Virus record (IMG/VR): IMGVR_UViG_3300041411_000080 | Span: 248,001-312,000 of that record | Length of the DNA stretch: 64,000 nt | Reading direction: 5' to 3' (one strand) | Program-made: the position numbers and the translations under genes | Notes under the pieces: model-generated | Seen by the model: only the letters and a program-made list of their open reading frames with translations | Told to the model about the DNA's origin: nothing | Database searches by the model: none | Part shown: positions 27,029-38,079 of the stretch, one piece after another | Layout of the letters: every line of letters begins with the position of its first letter | Position numbering within the stretch: the first letter of the stretch is position 1

Positions 27029-27086
27029 TACTCAGCGGGACATGATGTGTAGCAATATCGCTACACTACTACTAGAAGGCAATAAG

Positions 27087-27647
27087 ATGTACTCTATCAA
27101 AATCATGTCCCGTGAGAATATGCCAGACGCTGATGTCGGCAAAGGTTTTAAAATGATCCTTGTTGACGCAGGGGATACATTTGAGTTCGGTCATAATGAC
27201 CAAGGTGAACCGATTGTTACCGTCAGTGTTAACAAGGGTGAAGAGAGTAGCTGTATTGAATATCCAGTTACAGGCAATGCCTACGTAATGAGTGAGACAG
27301 GTAAGACTGTAGCATCATTCTGGGCGCGTAACAAACAGACCGTTCGAGTTACCATTGATCCACGTGATCCTGAACCAGAACGAACCGTAAGTGCTATTCA
27401 AGCCGTCGTACGTGAATATAGCGCTGACGGTAAATCGGCATCGCTTGGTCCAGTCGGTCGGGATTCGTATCAAGTTGCAGTCGATCGATTTACTGTTGCC
27501 GATGAGGCGATCACTGACACTACCGATGTAACGACATACAACGCCGAACAACGGTGTATGATCTACCGTACTCGTGTAGGTGTACGTATGAGAAACGGTG
27601 CAACGCAGGCAGAAGCCATGGCTGCTGAGGCACGTTGGATTCAATAA
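27087..27647 (+). CDS. hypothetical protein
   Basis: start MYSIK; AYVMSETGKTV motif; C-terminal IDPRDPEPERT segment. Confidence 0.75.
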   Translation: MYSIKIMSRENMPDADVGKGFKMILVDAGDTFEFGHNDQGEPIVTVSVNKGEESSCIEYPVTGNAYVMSETGKTVASFWARNKQTVRVTIDPRDPEPERTVSAIQAVVREYSADGKSASLGPVGRDSYQVAVDRFTVADEAITDTTDVTTYNAEQRCMIYRTRVGVRMRNGATQAEAMAAEARWIQ

Positions 27648-27654
27648 AACGCAG

Positions 27655-27690
27655 CATAAAGCCCCGGCCTTTCGGTCGGGGTCTTATGTT
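27655..27690. terminator. bidirectional hairpin terminator
   Basis: CATAAAGCCCCGGCC-TTTC-GGTCGGGG-TCTTATG between convergent genes. Confidence 0.8.
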
Positions 27691-27694
27691 GTCT

Positions 27695-27928
27695 TTAAGC
27701 GTAAGCGCTGTTGGCTTCGACTGGTCGAGACCGAACACCGTCTGGCTCGTAACTATCACTGGTGACTGCACTGGCAGACTGGTTGAGTTGATAGAACAAC
27801 CCAACGTCTTCACCTGCGGCTTGGAAGCCTAGCATATTTTTGTATGCGTCAGCTTGATCCGTAACCGCCGATGGAGACTTACCTGTGTATTGGGTTTGCA
27901 CCCTTTGCAGCGGATACGTATTAGCCAT
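27695..27928 (-). CDS. small protein co-transcribed with tail tube
   Basis: TAATG coupling to tube stop. Confidence 0.65.
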   Translation of the reverse strand: MANTYPLQRVQTQYTGKSPSAVTDQADAYKNMLGFQAAGEDVGLFYQLNQSASAVTSDSYEPDGVRSRPVEANSAYA

Positions 27929-28803
27929 TAGTCAACCCCGTTGTAAGTCACACGGTTAGTAGCAGAACGCTCAAGTTGTTGCTTGAGGCCGATGTTCGCA
28001 GCATTAACGTTGGCACTGATGCCTTCGGTCCAAGTGCGTTGATCGTTAGGGTTCATACCACGGATGTTCATACGCTGGAACAGTTCACGAGCATACATGA
28101 TCACGCCTTCCGATACGTCAGTCATAGCAGCGAACTCAATAGAGAGGTCGAGGTTCTGACCAATCTGGGAAGCATCCTTACGGGACTCCCATGGACCGGT
28201 AGACATTGGGAACATGTTAGTGCAGAGATATGCACTAGTTACGTCTTGGAAGGTTGGGTCCGGTTCGATGAACAGTACAGTAGCACCGTAGAAGGTGGCA
28301 TCGTACTTCTCTACTGGAACGTTACCTTCAGCAACGATACGTGGAACTTTGGTGTTCTCGTCAGCGATACCGTAGGTGATCCACCAGCGAAGGAAACGCT
28401 GAATGGCACGACCTTGCAGTTCCCAGCAACCCAGCGAAGGGTTAGAACGTGCACGGGTAACGTTGGTAGCTACCTGAATAGCTTCACCCGAACCACCCCA
28501 AGGGGCGTCCGCGGTATCAACCTGAATGGTTTGTTGCAGACCATCAATAGTCCGAACGTGGTTTTCAATCAGGGCTTTGAGAGAACGAACCAGTTGCTTT
28601 GGATCTTTCGCATATTGGAAGAACCGAGGTGCCTCCAACAGGAAAGGAATAACGTTCCGACTTACGTACGGAGTGTTACTCGCAAGGTTAGCCAGGTCTG
28701 GACGGAATACGTCTGTACCTGCCTGACTCAAGTTAATGGTGTTCTTCGCCCCACCCGCGCCGTAACCAGTGACGGGCGCCATTGGATCATTATAGCGTTT
28801 CAT
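27928..28803 (-). CDS. tail tube protein (phiKZ gp30-like)
   Basis: 291 aa directly after sheath; LFIEPDP...AYLCTNMFP motif. Confidence 0.8.
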   Translation of the reverse strand: MKRYNDPMAPVTGYGAGGAKNTINLSQAGTDVFRPDLANLASNTPYVSRNVIPFLLEAPRFFQYAKDPKQLVRSLKALIENHVRTIDGLQQTIQVDTADAPWGGSGEAIQVATNVTRARSNPSLGCWELQGRAIQRFLRWWITYGIADENTKVPRIVAEGNVPVEKYDATFYGATVLFIEPDPTFQDVTSAYLCTNMFPMSTGPWESRKDASQIGQNLDLSIEFAAMTDVSEGVIMYARELFQRMNIRGMNPNDQRTWTEGISANVNAANIGLKQQLERSATNRVTYNGVD

Positions 28804-28843
28804 TCTTTATTCCTCTAGTAGAGTGCTGTGAGGGAGTTGCCAC

Positions 28844-30952
28844 TTATACAGTGGCAACAGTACCTTCAGTAGCAGCTTCACGACGAACAGTTTCCAGCTT
28901 GAAGTTCATGACCGTACGTGGGTTGTTAGCCGCTACGGTTACGGTGCAAGTCCAGCTGAAGCCGTTGTTGTCATCGGTTGGGGTGATCTCAGTACGAGGA
29001 GTGATATCTACACGACCGCCGAAGAGGTCACGGGTGATATCCAGAATCTCCTGGTCGCAGCGCTCTACAAGTTGTTCTTTAGTCAGGGAAGCGTTACCCG
29101 AGAACTTGGCGTGGATTCTGTGGATCAGGCGCATGATTACGCAGCAGATGTTCACAGTAACCGGCGAGAGCAATACCGAAGTATCGTCAAGCATAACCGA
29201 GCGGTGGCAAGCGTAGTACTGACGACGCTTATTGTAGGTAGTCGATGTGGTTGCACCGTTAACCCACAGGTTCGAAGCAACACGAGCATTGAAGAACGGA
29301 ACGTTCAACGACTTAACGAAGTTAACCTCGTTATTCGGAGATTGGTCCATTTCCATACCCGGACGCAGGATACCGTTACCAGCACCAGCATACTTAGCCC
29401 AAGCCATTGCAACGTCAAGCACTTGTGGAACACGCTTGTTATAGTTGCTACCCATCAACTTACCAGATTGCAGAACAATAGATGCCCGGCAAACAGGGGT
29501 ACCGTAAAGGGTCGACTCAGGGAAAGCTTTCAGACGAGTCATGATCGCGATGCAACGAGAAACTTCGTCACTGGTGGACAGGCCACGGGTGTCGGTTTCA
29601 ACGAAGCTGGTGAACATGCAGTACAGGTCACGACGTGCGCCCAGAACTTGCATCATCTTGTACTTGGATGCCAGAGGCAAACCGGTATCGTAGATGAAGC
29701 CGAACTGATAACGCGCGATGTCTTCGTACTGATCTTCCAGTTGACCGAAGTTGGTGTTCTCCAGGTCAGTCAGGGCGACATAGTTCTCGAAGCTAGTAGT
29801 ACCATCGGAACCGCCGGTTGCAAACACAGTAGCGTTCTTACCAAGCAGTACACCGCCATCCAGAGCGCCCAGCAGTTGGACGGTCATGTACGGATCACCA
29901 TCCAGATTCAGCATGGTCAGGAAGTCGATTTGACCCGGACCTTTAACCTGATCACCGAAAGCTGGGTTAGCCAGCAATTCCGAATCCCAGACAAGCTGTT
30001 GAACCATGGAGATGTTTTCGCGATAAACGAAAACTTGGCTGAAAGGCGAGAACATAGGAGTCAAGCCGTTTTCGATACCGTCATCTTCGTACTGAGCAAT
30101 CAACACTTCGTCGATGGTCAGGTCACGGTCAGTAGACTCAGAGTAAACGCCTTCATCGAAGGATACGTTAACGTAGTCTTCACCCAGTGCAGTCTTGATG
30201 ATCTGCGGGGTGTTCAAACCGTTCATCAGTTCTACGAACTGAACGCGATACATACGGGTATCGAACTGGTCGGTAGCTTGTTCATCGTAGCCTTCGATAT
30301 CCAGAGCAGTAGGTGCCCAGATACGCATACCAAGGTTATTACCCAGAGCACCGAAGAAACTGGTTGGCAGTTCCATCAGAGGATACATAGTCGACTGAGT
30401 GCCATCGATACTCGAAACCATGGTACCAGGCAGAACGCGCTGCATACCGATCTCGGTGTCGTTGTCTTCAATCAAAACGATACGAGCTTTCAGACCTTCT
30501 ACAGTGACGTCAGCCAGTGTGCTTACGCCACCGCTACCAGCCAGAGTAGTTGTTTCAGGATACAGGAAACCGCTCAGGCGAGTTACAGCCTTAGGTACCA
30601 TATCACGAACGATGTCGATTGCCAGAATCAAACGTGCCGAGTTACCAGCATCTTCTGGACGCAGACGTTTTACATAGAAACCATTACCCTGACCCAAGAG
30701 GTTCAGAGCAAGAAGCGATTGTTGGTTAAAGTACTTGCTACGTGGATCGAGCGACATCTGACCATAGATGCCAGCAAAGCCATCATCGGTATCGCCAACG
30801 TAAGTGGTGGCGGTCGGACCAGTCTCAGTGAAGAGACGCAGCAAGGGGGTGTGTTGAGCGTAGGTTTCATCTGGACGAATCAACGCCCGACGACTACGAT
30901 CGCGAATCCCGTTAAATACTACACGCGGGACCGCATTAGTGAAAGTTGCCAT
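28844..30952 (-). CDS. contractile tail sheath protein (phiKZ gp29-like)
   Basis: 702 aa; GGSDGT, IYDTG and [13 protein letters not shown] motifs; precedes tube. Confidence 0.88.
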   Translation of the reverse strand: MATFTNAVPRVVFNGIRDRSRRALIRPDETYAQHTPLLRLFTETGPTATTYVGDTDDGFAGIYGQMSLDPRSKYFNQQSLLALNLLGQGNGFYVKRLRPEDAGNSARLILAIDIVRDMVPKAVTRLSGFLYPETTTLAGSGGVSTLADVTVEGLKARIVLIEDNDTEIGMQRVLPGTMVSSIDGTQSTMYPLMELPTSFFGALGNNLGMRIWAPTALDIEGYDEQATDQFDTRMYRVQFVELMNGLNTPQIIKTALGEDYVNVSFDEGVYSESTDRDLTIDEVLIAQYEDDGIENGLTPMFSPFSQVFVYRENISMVQQLVWDSELLANPAFGDQVKGPGQIDFLTMLNLDGDPYMTVQLLGALDGGVLLGKNATVFATGGSDGTTSFENYVALTDLENTNFGQLEDQYEDIARYQFGFIYDTGLPLASKYKMMQVLGARRDLYCMFTSFVETDTRGLSTSDEVSRCIAIMTRLKAFPESTLYGTPVCRASIVLQSGKLMGSNYNKRVPQVLDVAMAWAKYAGAGNGILRPGMEMDQSPNNEVNFVKSLNVPFFNARVASNLWVNGATTSTTYNKRRQYYACHRSVMLDDTSVLLSPVTVNICCVIMRLIHRIHAKFSGNASLTKEQLVERCDQEILDITRDLFGGRVDITPRTEITPTDDNNGFSWTCTVTVAANNPRTVMNFKLETVRREAATEGTVATV

Positions 30953-31082
30953 CTTTTGGTTCTCCCAAGTATGGAGCTTTGAACTCGATGTTATGAGTGT
31001 TAACTAACAGTCAATCATATTTATTAAACACGATTGATCACACTAGTTAAATTTTACGACCTTCAATAAAGGAGATTCGGTA

Positions 31083-32024
31083 ATGCACACGCTACCGTAT
31101 CAGACTAAAATCTGTAGCATTTATCCACAAAGTCAGCAGGATAAACTTCGACGTGAAGTGAACAAGGCTGCCCTTAGTGTTCCATTCCCTCAGGTAAAGA
31201 CCACAGCTCAATACCTGCTTAAGAATTGCCATTTCGTTACTCCGTTGCCAGAACACGAAGACATCCCTATGTTCACCCAGTATATTGATATTGGGACTCC
31301 TGGGGAACCTAAGTTGCTGGTCGACGGACGACAGTTCATGAAGTATGAACCACGCTCTGGTACATATCGTCTGGTAGCAAACAATGACTGGACTTTCCAA
31401 TGCATTCGAATGGCTTTGAATACTCGGTTGCTGAAAGGCGACGAGACGATGTTCAGTCGTTTGGGTGACATGCCAGCTAAGGTATTTAACCGCTGGGTGA
31501 GTGGTCCGGTAATCTCTAAGTTTGGTCTGCCAATCGAATCGCAGATGGCGCTTTACGTAATTACCGCCTACTACTATTACGCAATGTGCATGCCTGAATT
31601 GCAAGAAACCGATATCGAGAGCCGTACTGAATTCGCTCCGGTCATTTCTCGTATTACTGGTGTACCACCTGATTTCGTTATTAACGTTATTGCAGATGTA
31701 GGTCCGCTGCGTAATGCTGAAGATCTGGCAGAAGCCATGTCGACTAAGTCTTATCAGGAACGTACTGGTAAACTGAAGTTCCAAGACATCTACATTCTGT
31801 TGGCTAACTCGTGGTTCGGTGTACACGCACGTGAGAACGTTGGCGTTGCATTGGAACACTTGCCTACGTACGTTGCAATGCTCTACATGGCGATTGCTGA
31901 CCGTAGTTATCGTAAGACTGTTATTACCCAGCGTGCGGACACAGTTGCTCGTCCACACGAACTGAAAACCTTTACGGATCTTGTGTTCCGTCAAGTGAGC
32001 GAGCAATACGAAAACTTTGAGTAA
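31083..32024 (+). CDS. virion structural protein (phiKZ gp28-like)
   Basis: divergent from sheath; VALEHLPT motif. Confidence 0.65.
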   Translation: MHTLPYQTKICSIYPQSQQDKLRREVNKAALSVPFPQVKTTAQYLLKNCHFVTPLPEHEDIPMFTQYIDIGTPGEPKLLVDGRQFMKYEPRSGTYRLVANNDWTFQCIRMALNTRLLKGDETMFSRLGDMPAKVFNRWVSGPVISKFGLPIESQMALYVITAYYYYAMCMPELQETDIESRTEFAPVISRITGVPPDFVINVIADVGPLRNAEDLAEAMSTKSYQERTGKLKFQDIYILLANSWFGVHARENVGVALEHLPTYVAMLYMAIADRSYRKTVITQRADTVARPHELKTFTDLVFRQVSEQYENFE

Positions 32025-32036
32025 GGGTGTGACCAA

Positions 32037-34679
32037 ATGGATAACTATCTCTTGCGCTACGCAATTGATAATGTCTGGTGTAACCCAACGCAAGATAAGC
32101 AGTTCACGTACGCTCTACAGAAACTTACCCCGCGCTACGGCATCCGGGGTAATTACGTTGTAGAGCAGACTCGGTATTTCATGCCGACGAACAACAACCG
32201 TGACTACTATCATATCTTCCAGATTGGCCAAGTGATCCCAGCGAATATCGGCATGCCGAAGACGAAGGACACTTGGTTTAACCTGACGACACTTGCGAAG
32301 GATCATCTGACATTAGCCCACGTATACCCAGTCAATGGTGTACGTTACAGCATGTCTGAAACATACGTGATGGTTACCTCTCGGCAGAACCTTTTGGTTG
32401 CTGTTAAGATTAACGATCGTTTCCCTGATTTGGAAGACCAACCGATCTTTATGCACCTTTACCATAATGCCTTCTATGACTCAGAACGCAGTGGTGCAGT
32501 TAATCGTCGTTGGCTACATGCTGAATCTATCGTGGCTGCTAACACAGAAGCCATTCGTCAGTTCCAAATCCGCAACGCTGACCGTATTGCCGCTGATGGC
32601 GGAGTCGGTATGTATTTCGTTAACGGTAAACCAGTTAATGAGATTAGTGTTGTAACAGCTGTACCCGGAGATCACTGTGATTTCATCTTGGACCCAACCA
32701 TTAAGAAAGTGGTTGACTTTAAGATCCAAGATCTCCAAACGTTTAACAGTACTCTAGACACCGAACGTAAATACATCCTGCACTATCCGGGACAAACAGA
32801 CGTAATCGATTTCTATGATGACTGCACAGCATTGTTGGTTAAGCGCGGCCCTACCCCTGATCAATTCAAGGGACTTACGTACCACCACAACAAAGGTACT
32901 TGGCTGAGACAACTGACCCACAAGGATTACAGTATCTCGGTAAGTAACATCCAGGAGTTTATTGCAATGACTCCTGAGTGGTCTGGTCTGGATGACATGT
33001 ACGTTAAGTTGTACATTCGGGATGGTGGCTATAACCGACCTCTGGTTGCAGACTCTCATCGGATCTGGGAACTGTATCGACTGACCTCTGCTCAAATCCT
33101 TCAGAACATGACGGGTGTTGATGCCACTAACCCATTGTGGCGTGCAGAGAACCTTGAACGTTCTTATTACGTTCAGTTCATGTCAGCTCAACCTAGCTTT
33201 GTGTATCCAATCACCTACAACGATCCGGCACTTAATAGTGAGGGTAAAGTAGAAGCACAAAACTTTGCAGCAGAAGTCTTCGGTTATCACGAATGTGCTA
33301 AGCTCATGAACGATAACCCTGCTAAGGTCGTCGTAGACCCCAATACGGGCGTTCGTATGGCACAACTGGCGTTCTACTACTGGCGCAATGCAACGTGCTT
33401 TGAATACGACGATAAGGGCGTTCTGTTGGAATACCATTATCACGTAGGTGGTAAGGTGTATGTCCCTAAGAATCCTAATTGCGCAATGGTTGAATGCGTA
33501 ACCGGTAAAGGTTCTGATAACTTGAACGGTTATTACGGTAACAACGAAGTAGCCTTGAAGTATGGCTATAACTTCCGCGTTTACGTAACAAAGGTTTGGG
33601 GTGGGGTTCCATCGAGTGAATGGCAAGACATTACCGATCTACCGAACCGTGGTGATTGGGGTTACTTCGTAGACGATCTGTATGCTCCTAAGTGGGTATG
33701 GACTGTTCCTGAATCTCAGTGGATGGGTTACCTGCGTACCGATGAATATTTCTACCTTAAGGAATTCGTCTTCAATGACGATCCGGGTGTTATTCGGTTA
33801 GCAATCTCTGCATGGGAACAACAAGGTGGTCAACTGGTTAACAAAACCATGGAGATCCCTTTTGGTCAGCTCGATACGTTCTTTAACTATCGACCTATTA
33901 TCCAAGGGCTGGATTATCTCATCGACGGTGAGTTGGTTGGTATCCATAACCTCGAGTACCGTGAAAACGGATTGCAAAAGGTTCTGTTGCGGGGTACTGG
34001 GTTCTGTTCTCCAGACATGAAACGGTACGATCCAGCTGAGTTTGGTTTCGTTGAATACGGGGTGCTGTCTAACGATTCGGACTACCATATCCACTCGCAC
34101 AAAATGCAGCGGATTATCGTAGATGGTCACTACAAAGACTATCGCGATGTGGTATTCGAAGAAGACCGTAATGGACGGGTAGTTGAGGGCGAACGTAATG
34201 GTTCACCTTATCAGATTCAAACACCACAGGTAACTTTGAAGACCGTCTTTAAAGACGATAAGAAAGCCCGCGTGGAAGATGACCTGAGAGATCAACAAAC
34301 TAGTGAAGCTATGGGTTTCTATTTCCCTAAACGGGATCGACCTAACCCGGACGTGTTCACTAACCATTACCATGTCTATTCCGCGTTCTCGAACAAAGTC
34401 GTGCAGGATATGCTGAAGGGGCGACTGAAACCTCCTTTTACAAATGGTCGCTACACTGACATGGATATCGTGAACACAATGAAGTCGTACGAGTGGCTAC
34501 AACCACTTGACATCCTTAATCACGATTACAACACCAACCATGTGAAAGTATATCCACATTGGAACTCTAGTCCCATCGGGCTGACGCAGGATCAATACGA
34601 CTTCTATCGTCGTGTTCTGAAACTGTATCTACGCCAAGATATGGAACTGTCTCCATTCTTCTTCATCACGGGGGCTTAA
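32037..34679 (+). CDS. virion structural / putative baseplate protein (phiKZ gp27-like)
   Basis: 880 aa; NVWCNP.QD.Q and RQLTHKDYS motifs; synteny. Confidence 0.7.
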   Translation: MDNYLLRYAIDNVWCNPTQDKQFTYALQKLTPRYGIRGNYVVEQTRYFMPTNNNRDYYHIFQIGQVIPANIGMPKTKDTWFNLTTLAKDHLTLAHVYPVNGVRYSMSETYVMVTSRQNLLVAVKINDRFPDLEDQPIFMHLYHNAFYDSERSGAVNRRWLHAESIVAANTEAIRQFQIRNADRIAADGGVGMYFVNGKPVNEISVVTAVPGDHCDFILDPTIKKVVDFKIQDLQTFNSTLDTERKYILHYPGQTDVIDFYDDCTALLVKRGPTPDQFKGLTYHHNKGTWLRQLTHKDYSISVSNIQEFIAMTPEWSGLDDMYVKLYIRDGGYNRPLVADSHRIWELYRLTSAQILQNMTGVDATNPLWRAENLERSYYVQFMSAQPSFVYPITYNDPALNSEGKVEAQNFAAEVFGYHECAKLMNDNPAKVVVDPNTGVRMAQLAFYYWRNATCFEYDDKGVLLEYHYHVGGKVYVPKNPNCAMVECVTGKGSDNLNGYYGNNEVALKYGYNFRVYVTKVWGGVPSSEWQDITDLPNRGDWGYFVDDLYAPKWVWTVPESQWMGYLRTDEYFYLKEFVFNDDPGVIRLAISAWEQQGGQLVNKTMEIPFGQLDTFFNYRPIIQGLDYLIDGELVGIHNLEYRENGLQKVLLRGTGFCSPDMKRYDPAEFGFVEYGVLSNDSDYHIHSHKMQRIIVDGHYKDYRDVVFEEDRNGRVVEGERNGSPYQIQTPQVTLKTVFKDDKKARVEDDLRDQQTSEAMGFYFPKRDRPNPDVFTNHYHVYSAFSNKVVQDMLKGRLKPPFTNGRYTDMDIVNTMKSYEWLQPLDILNHDYNTNHVKVYPHWNSSPIGLTQDQYDFYRRVLKLYLRQDMELSPFFFITGA

Positions 34680-34683
34680 CACA

Positions 34684-36345
34684 ATGGCTGATTTTGACAA
34701 CTCGAACTTTTATAACCCGGATCGAGGTTTTCGTACTTGGCTCAAATCGGATATCCTGCTTGAAGCAGGGCAAACGAATAAATGGGTTGCCAACGTCAAT
34801 GACTTGGTAATCAACTACGACAAAGGTTTCGAACGTGTAATCGATGTCGAGTTCGGTACATGGGTTCCTACCCTTGAGGATTGGGAACCTAAGAAACACA
34901 CTGATCCAGACGGTGAAGAAAACGTACTGGTTGGAGTTGGCCCAGGCTATAGCTCCGAGTCGTATCGTTGCTTTATCGACACTTCCGTTACCCCACACGT
35001 TCTTGCACCCGATGCACGTCTCCATTTCTATGGTTCGATGATTGCCTCGTATGCGGTGTTTAAAGGTAGTGACATTGACAGAGACACTGGGGAAATGATT
35101 TCGGCCTTCTACGACCCCTCTGGGAACTTCGTAGGGCCATTCATTCCCGTTGAGTCCGCTACTATCACAGGTCAGGTAGTTTCGACTATCAAATCTCCGA
35201 TGGTTGGCTTCTCTACAGTTGACTTGGAAGATGGCGAACGTGTAACACTGGTTGCTTACGACAGTAAAGAAGGCGTGGTTAGCTACGCTCAATTGCTGGT
35301 CATGAACACTCAGGTATTGCGTCAGACTGACCAATCGAAACGTTACGTTGAAGGTATTCAGATTGATACTCCTTTCCTCTCGGCTTCTGATCCTAAGGTT
35401 ATTGAATTCCCATTGAACGTAATGGTGAAGTCTCTGCCGATGCAAGGGTTGGTCAAGTATCGTGGTGGTAAGCAGGTGCGTCTGGACGTAGGTATCCCAC
35501 CAATGAGTATTCTTGGGTTGGAGAACTACGTAGCTACAGCAGAGGGCCAAGAGTTCCCAATGACTCTTCGCTACCAACTTGCAGCTGACGAGATCAGTTA
35601 CAAGAACGTACCTACTGTCGACCGTGCTATTACCGAAGAGTATATCGCTCGAACCGTACCAGCAGACAATGCTTATAGCTGCCGTCTGTTTGTATACCCT
35701 ACTTGGGTCAACGCAGCCATTGGCTACCGTCTGGAGTTCTGGCTGTACAACTTGGATCGTCAACGCTACTACAACGTTACACCTTACGTTGAACTGGGTG
35801 TTAACTCCGCTCCATATCGTCCACGTGCTTACGGTGAGCTTCAAACGCTGACCTACGCTATCAACCTGAATAAGGTAGATGGTCGATTTGCACCATTCCG
35901 GTATGTGAGTGAATTCCAGATTGCATTGCTTAACTCCGGTGAAGGTAACGCTAACTGGGAAGTCTACCCACGTCCTAACGTTGATGCTGCTTATGGCCGG
36001 GATCTGAAAGCAGATGTCGATTACGTAGCTACCAACATGTGGGATCTTCGTTTGGCTAACGGTGCACAGTCTAAGACTCAGTGGCTGCAACGTATGTACT
36101 ACAATGCAGAACCTTTGGTCAATACTGAGGTAGAAGAGTTCCCTCCTGAGCCTACCCACTTCATCCTGCACTTCTTGCATAACCAATACAAGTTCAGTGT
36201 AGATCAGTGGCAAGACATTCTGCGAGTGAACAACGATTTGAACAACGGTGAACTCATGGGTATCCAATGGGTTCGTGAAATGTTCGATACCGATCTTCAA
36301 CTGGCTTACACGGGAGTACCAATCTTCCGTCGTTCTAATCCGTAA
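34684..36345 (+). CDS. virion structural / putative baseplate protein (phiKZ gp26-like)
   Basis: 553 aa; LFVYP.W...GYRL...LYNLDR motif; synteny. Confidence 0.7.
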   Translation: MADFDNSNFYNPDRGFRTWLKSDILLEAGQTNKWVANVNDLVINYDKGFERVIDVEFGTWVPTLEDWEPKKHTDPDGEENVLVGVGPGYSSESYRCFIDTSVTPHVLAPDARLHFYGSMIASYAVFKGSDIDRDTGEMISAFYDPSGNFVGPFIPVESATITGQVVSTIKSPMVGFSTVDLEDGERVTLVAYDSKEGVVSYAQLLVMNTQVLRQTDQSKRYVEGIQIDTPFLSASDPKVIEFPLNVMVKSLPMQGLVKYRGGKQVRLDVGIPPMSILGLENYVATAEGQEFPMTLRYQLAADEISYKNVPTVDRAITEEYIARTVPADNAYSCRLFVYPTWVNAAIGYRLEFWLYNLDRQRYYNVTPYVELGVNSAPYRPRAYGELQTLTYAINLNKVDGRFAPFRYVSEFQIALLNSGEGNANWEVYPRPNVDAAYGRDLKADVDYVATNMWDLRLANGAQSKTQWLQRMYYNAEPLVNTEVEEFPPEPTHFILHFLHNQYKFSVDQWQDILRVNNDLNNGELMGIQWVREMFDTDLQLAYTGVPIFRRSNP

Positions 36346-36364
36346 GAACGCAAAAAAAAATAAG

Positions 36365-36401
36365 GCATAAGCCCTCTCCAATCGGAGAGGGCGTTATGTC
36401 G
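36365..36401. terminator. bidirectional hairpin terminator
   Basis: GCATAAGCCCTCTCC-AATC-GGAGAGGGC-GTTATGTCG. Confidence 0.8.
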
Positions 36402-36402
36402 T

Positions 36403-36570
36403 TTAGCAGTAGATCGACATGTAAGCTCGATTCTGTCGGTCCATGAATCCTGACAGATGAAGTTGACGTGCTCGGATGATAGCACGACGAGTGATAGCCA
36501 TATCTTGCGCAGCCTCACCCACGATACGAATCAGATACTTCCGCTTATTTTTATTAAGCTTATTTGCCAT
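36403..36570 (-). CDS. 55-aa basic protein (MANKLNKNKRKYL...), RISKGK-like N-terminus, not in ORF track
   Basis: GAGGA RBS; last gene before terminator. Confidence 0.7.
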   Translation of the reverse strand: MANKLNKNKRKYLIRIVGEAAQDMAITRRAIIRARQLHLSGFMDRQNRAYMSIYC

Positions 36571-36586
36571 CTTTTAAATCCTCAGG

Positions 36587-36928
36587 CTAATACGGTTGTT
36601 GATATTGCAGCTCACGCTTGAAGTACGGTTGATACTCAGCCATCAACGATACGAGTCGGTTGTGCCGAGAACGAACTACAGCTGCATGACGTTTTGACCC
36701 TTGGCTCACTGCGCGATCTAGATCACAGAAGCTCAGAAGAAATGTGGAATAAACGACGTCATTCTCATCCTTCTTAAATAAGCGATTGATCACCCGACGT
36801 TTCCGATAGTACTCCAGTCGCTTTAACCAGATCCCACCTGTCTCAGGGAAGAATTTAATAATACCCAGTGCAACGATAAGAGCGAACGCAGTTAAAGCAA
36901 TCAGGTGGTAGGGGATGGTTCCGAGCAC
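36587..36928 (-). CDS. membrane-anchored hypothetical protein
   Basis: N-terminal TM helix. Confidence 0.7.
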   Translation of the reverse strand: MLGTIPYHLIALTAFALIVALGIIKFFPETGGIWLKRLEYYRKRRVINRLFKKDENDVVYSTFLLSFCDLDRAVSQGSKRHAAVVRSRHNRLVSLMAEYQPYFKRELQYQQPY

Positions 36929-37170
36929 GGCAGTGGTTCCGAATAGATGTGAAGTTCAGGTGAACCCGAATCGCTTTCACGAAAAGAGAATTGACCTTGT
37001 TCCAAACCGAGATGCATAACGACCATAACCATCTCGGCCATATCAAGTTTACGTGGTAATCCGATACGCCACTCACGACGATTACCAGTAGCTACGGGAT
37101 TCCATTCAAGTGAATCAATGGAGACACGTAGTTTACTAATGAGGTCGGGGTGATCAGAGAGCATACCCAT
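36901..37170 (-). CDS. hypothetical protein
   Basis: start MGMLS right after upstream stop. Confidence 0.6.
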   Translation of the reverse strand: MGMLSDHPDLISKLRVSIDSLEWNPVATGNRREWRIGLPRKLDMAEMVMVVMHLGLEQGQFSFRESDSGSPELHIYSEPLPCSEPSPTT

Positions 37171-37171
37171 A

Positions 37172-37708
37172 TTAATCCACCGGCAGATTGATGCGCGAAA
37201 TAACAGTGAAAGCCCTTTGAAGGATTTCACGCTGGAGACCTTTTTCAGACAAAGAGTACAGTTGATCCAACCGTGCCACATCTGCCCATTCGGTGATTAC
37301 TCGACCACTAACCTTCATCACCTGAACCGAACTAGCCGCTTGGTAGACCCGCACATTGATTTTTTCGGGCTGGCGGCTGATCTGGTTATCGTGCATGAAG
37401 TCAAACGAATCGACCTGCTCAATAAGATCTGATTCACCATCTTCCCACTGCAAACTGATCGCGTTGGCGTAGGGGTAGACCTTCTTAGTAACTGAAGTAT
37501 CCACAGTCACAGACATTTTGAAGTTACGCATCGCGGTTGCAAAGTCTGGTACATGTACAGAGACTGTAGGCTGGTTGCCAGGGAACGCATCGAACAAAGC
37601 CACGTGTGGCAGCAAATTGCAGTCAAGTTTAGGTGTAATCAAAATGAGATAATCTTTTTCCATGTCAGATATCGCCTTCAGCTTTGTAATAGTCTTTTGG
37701 GGCATCAT
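37172..37708 (-). CDS. hypothetical protein
   Basis: 178-aa ORF. Confidence 0.75.
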   Translation of the reverse strand: MMPQKTITKLKAISDMEKDYLILITPKLDCNLLPHVALFDAFPGNQPTVSVHVPDFATAMRNFKMSVTVDTSVTKKVYPYANAISLQWEDGESDLIEQVDSFDFMHDNQISRQPEKINVRVYQAASSVQVMKVSGRVITEWADVARLDQLYSLSEKGLQREILQRAFTVISRINLPVD

Positions 37709-38069
37709 GTTGATTCATGTAAGCGTAGTGCTCAATCATGTTACGATGATTCTTGGTGTACTCGGAGCAGAACGATTCTGTAATACCACGCATGTCTTCA
37801 GCCCACTTATCGTAGCTGATCTCACCCGGCTTAATCCCCGAAAGGATCTCATTCAATCGAGGGATGATTTCCGAGACATATTCACATTTAATGAACGGTA
37901 ACCATGGAAGATCATCGTACAGCTGGGTGATCATGTTCATGGACGCTTCTAAGCTGTACTCTTCAGCATCGAATACACTCACAAGACCAGCATAGCAACT
38001 ACCATGACGATCGAACGACACCAGTGCGAAGTCACGCCTTATTTTGAACGAGTCTACTTTAATCGACAT
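37665..38069 (-). CDS. hypothetical protein
   Basis: start MSIKV with AAGGGA RBS. Confidence 0.7.
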   Translation of the reverse strand: MSIKVDSFKIRRDFALVSFDRHGSCYAGLVSVFDAEEYSLEASMNMITQLYDDLPWLPFIKCEYVSEIIPRLNEILSGIKPGEISYDKWAEDMRGITESFCSEYTKNHRNMIEHYAYMNQHDAPKDYYKAEGDI

Positions 38070-38079
38070 TGCATGTCCC

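Noticed and set aside
29072-30982. Long antisense ORFs over sheath (636 aa), tube, gp26-like, nrdA, nrdB and phuZ
   Set aside because: They mirror highly expressed genes whose codon bias suppresses stops on the opposite strand; no recognisable motifs.
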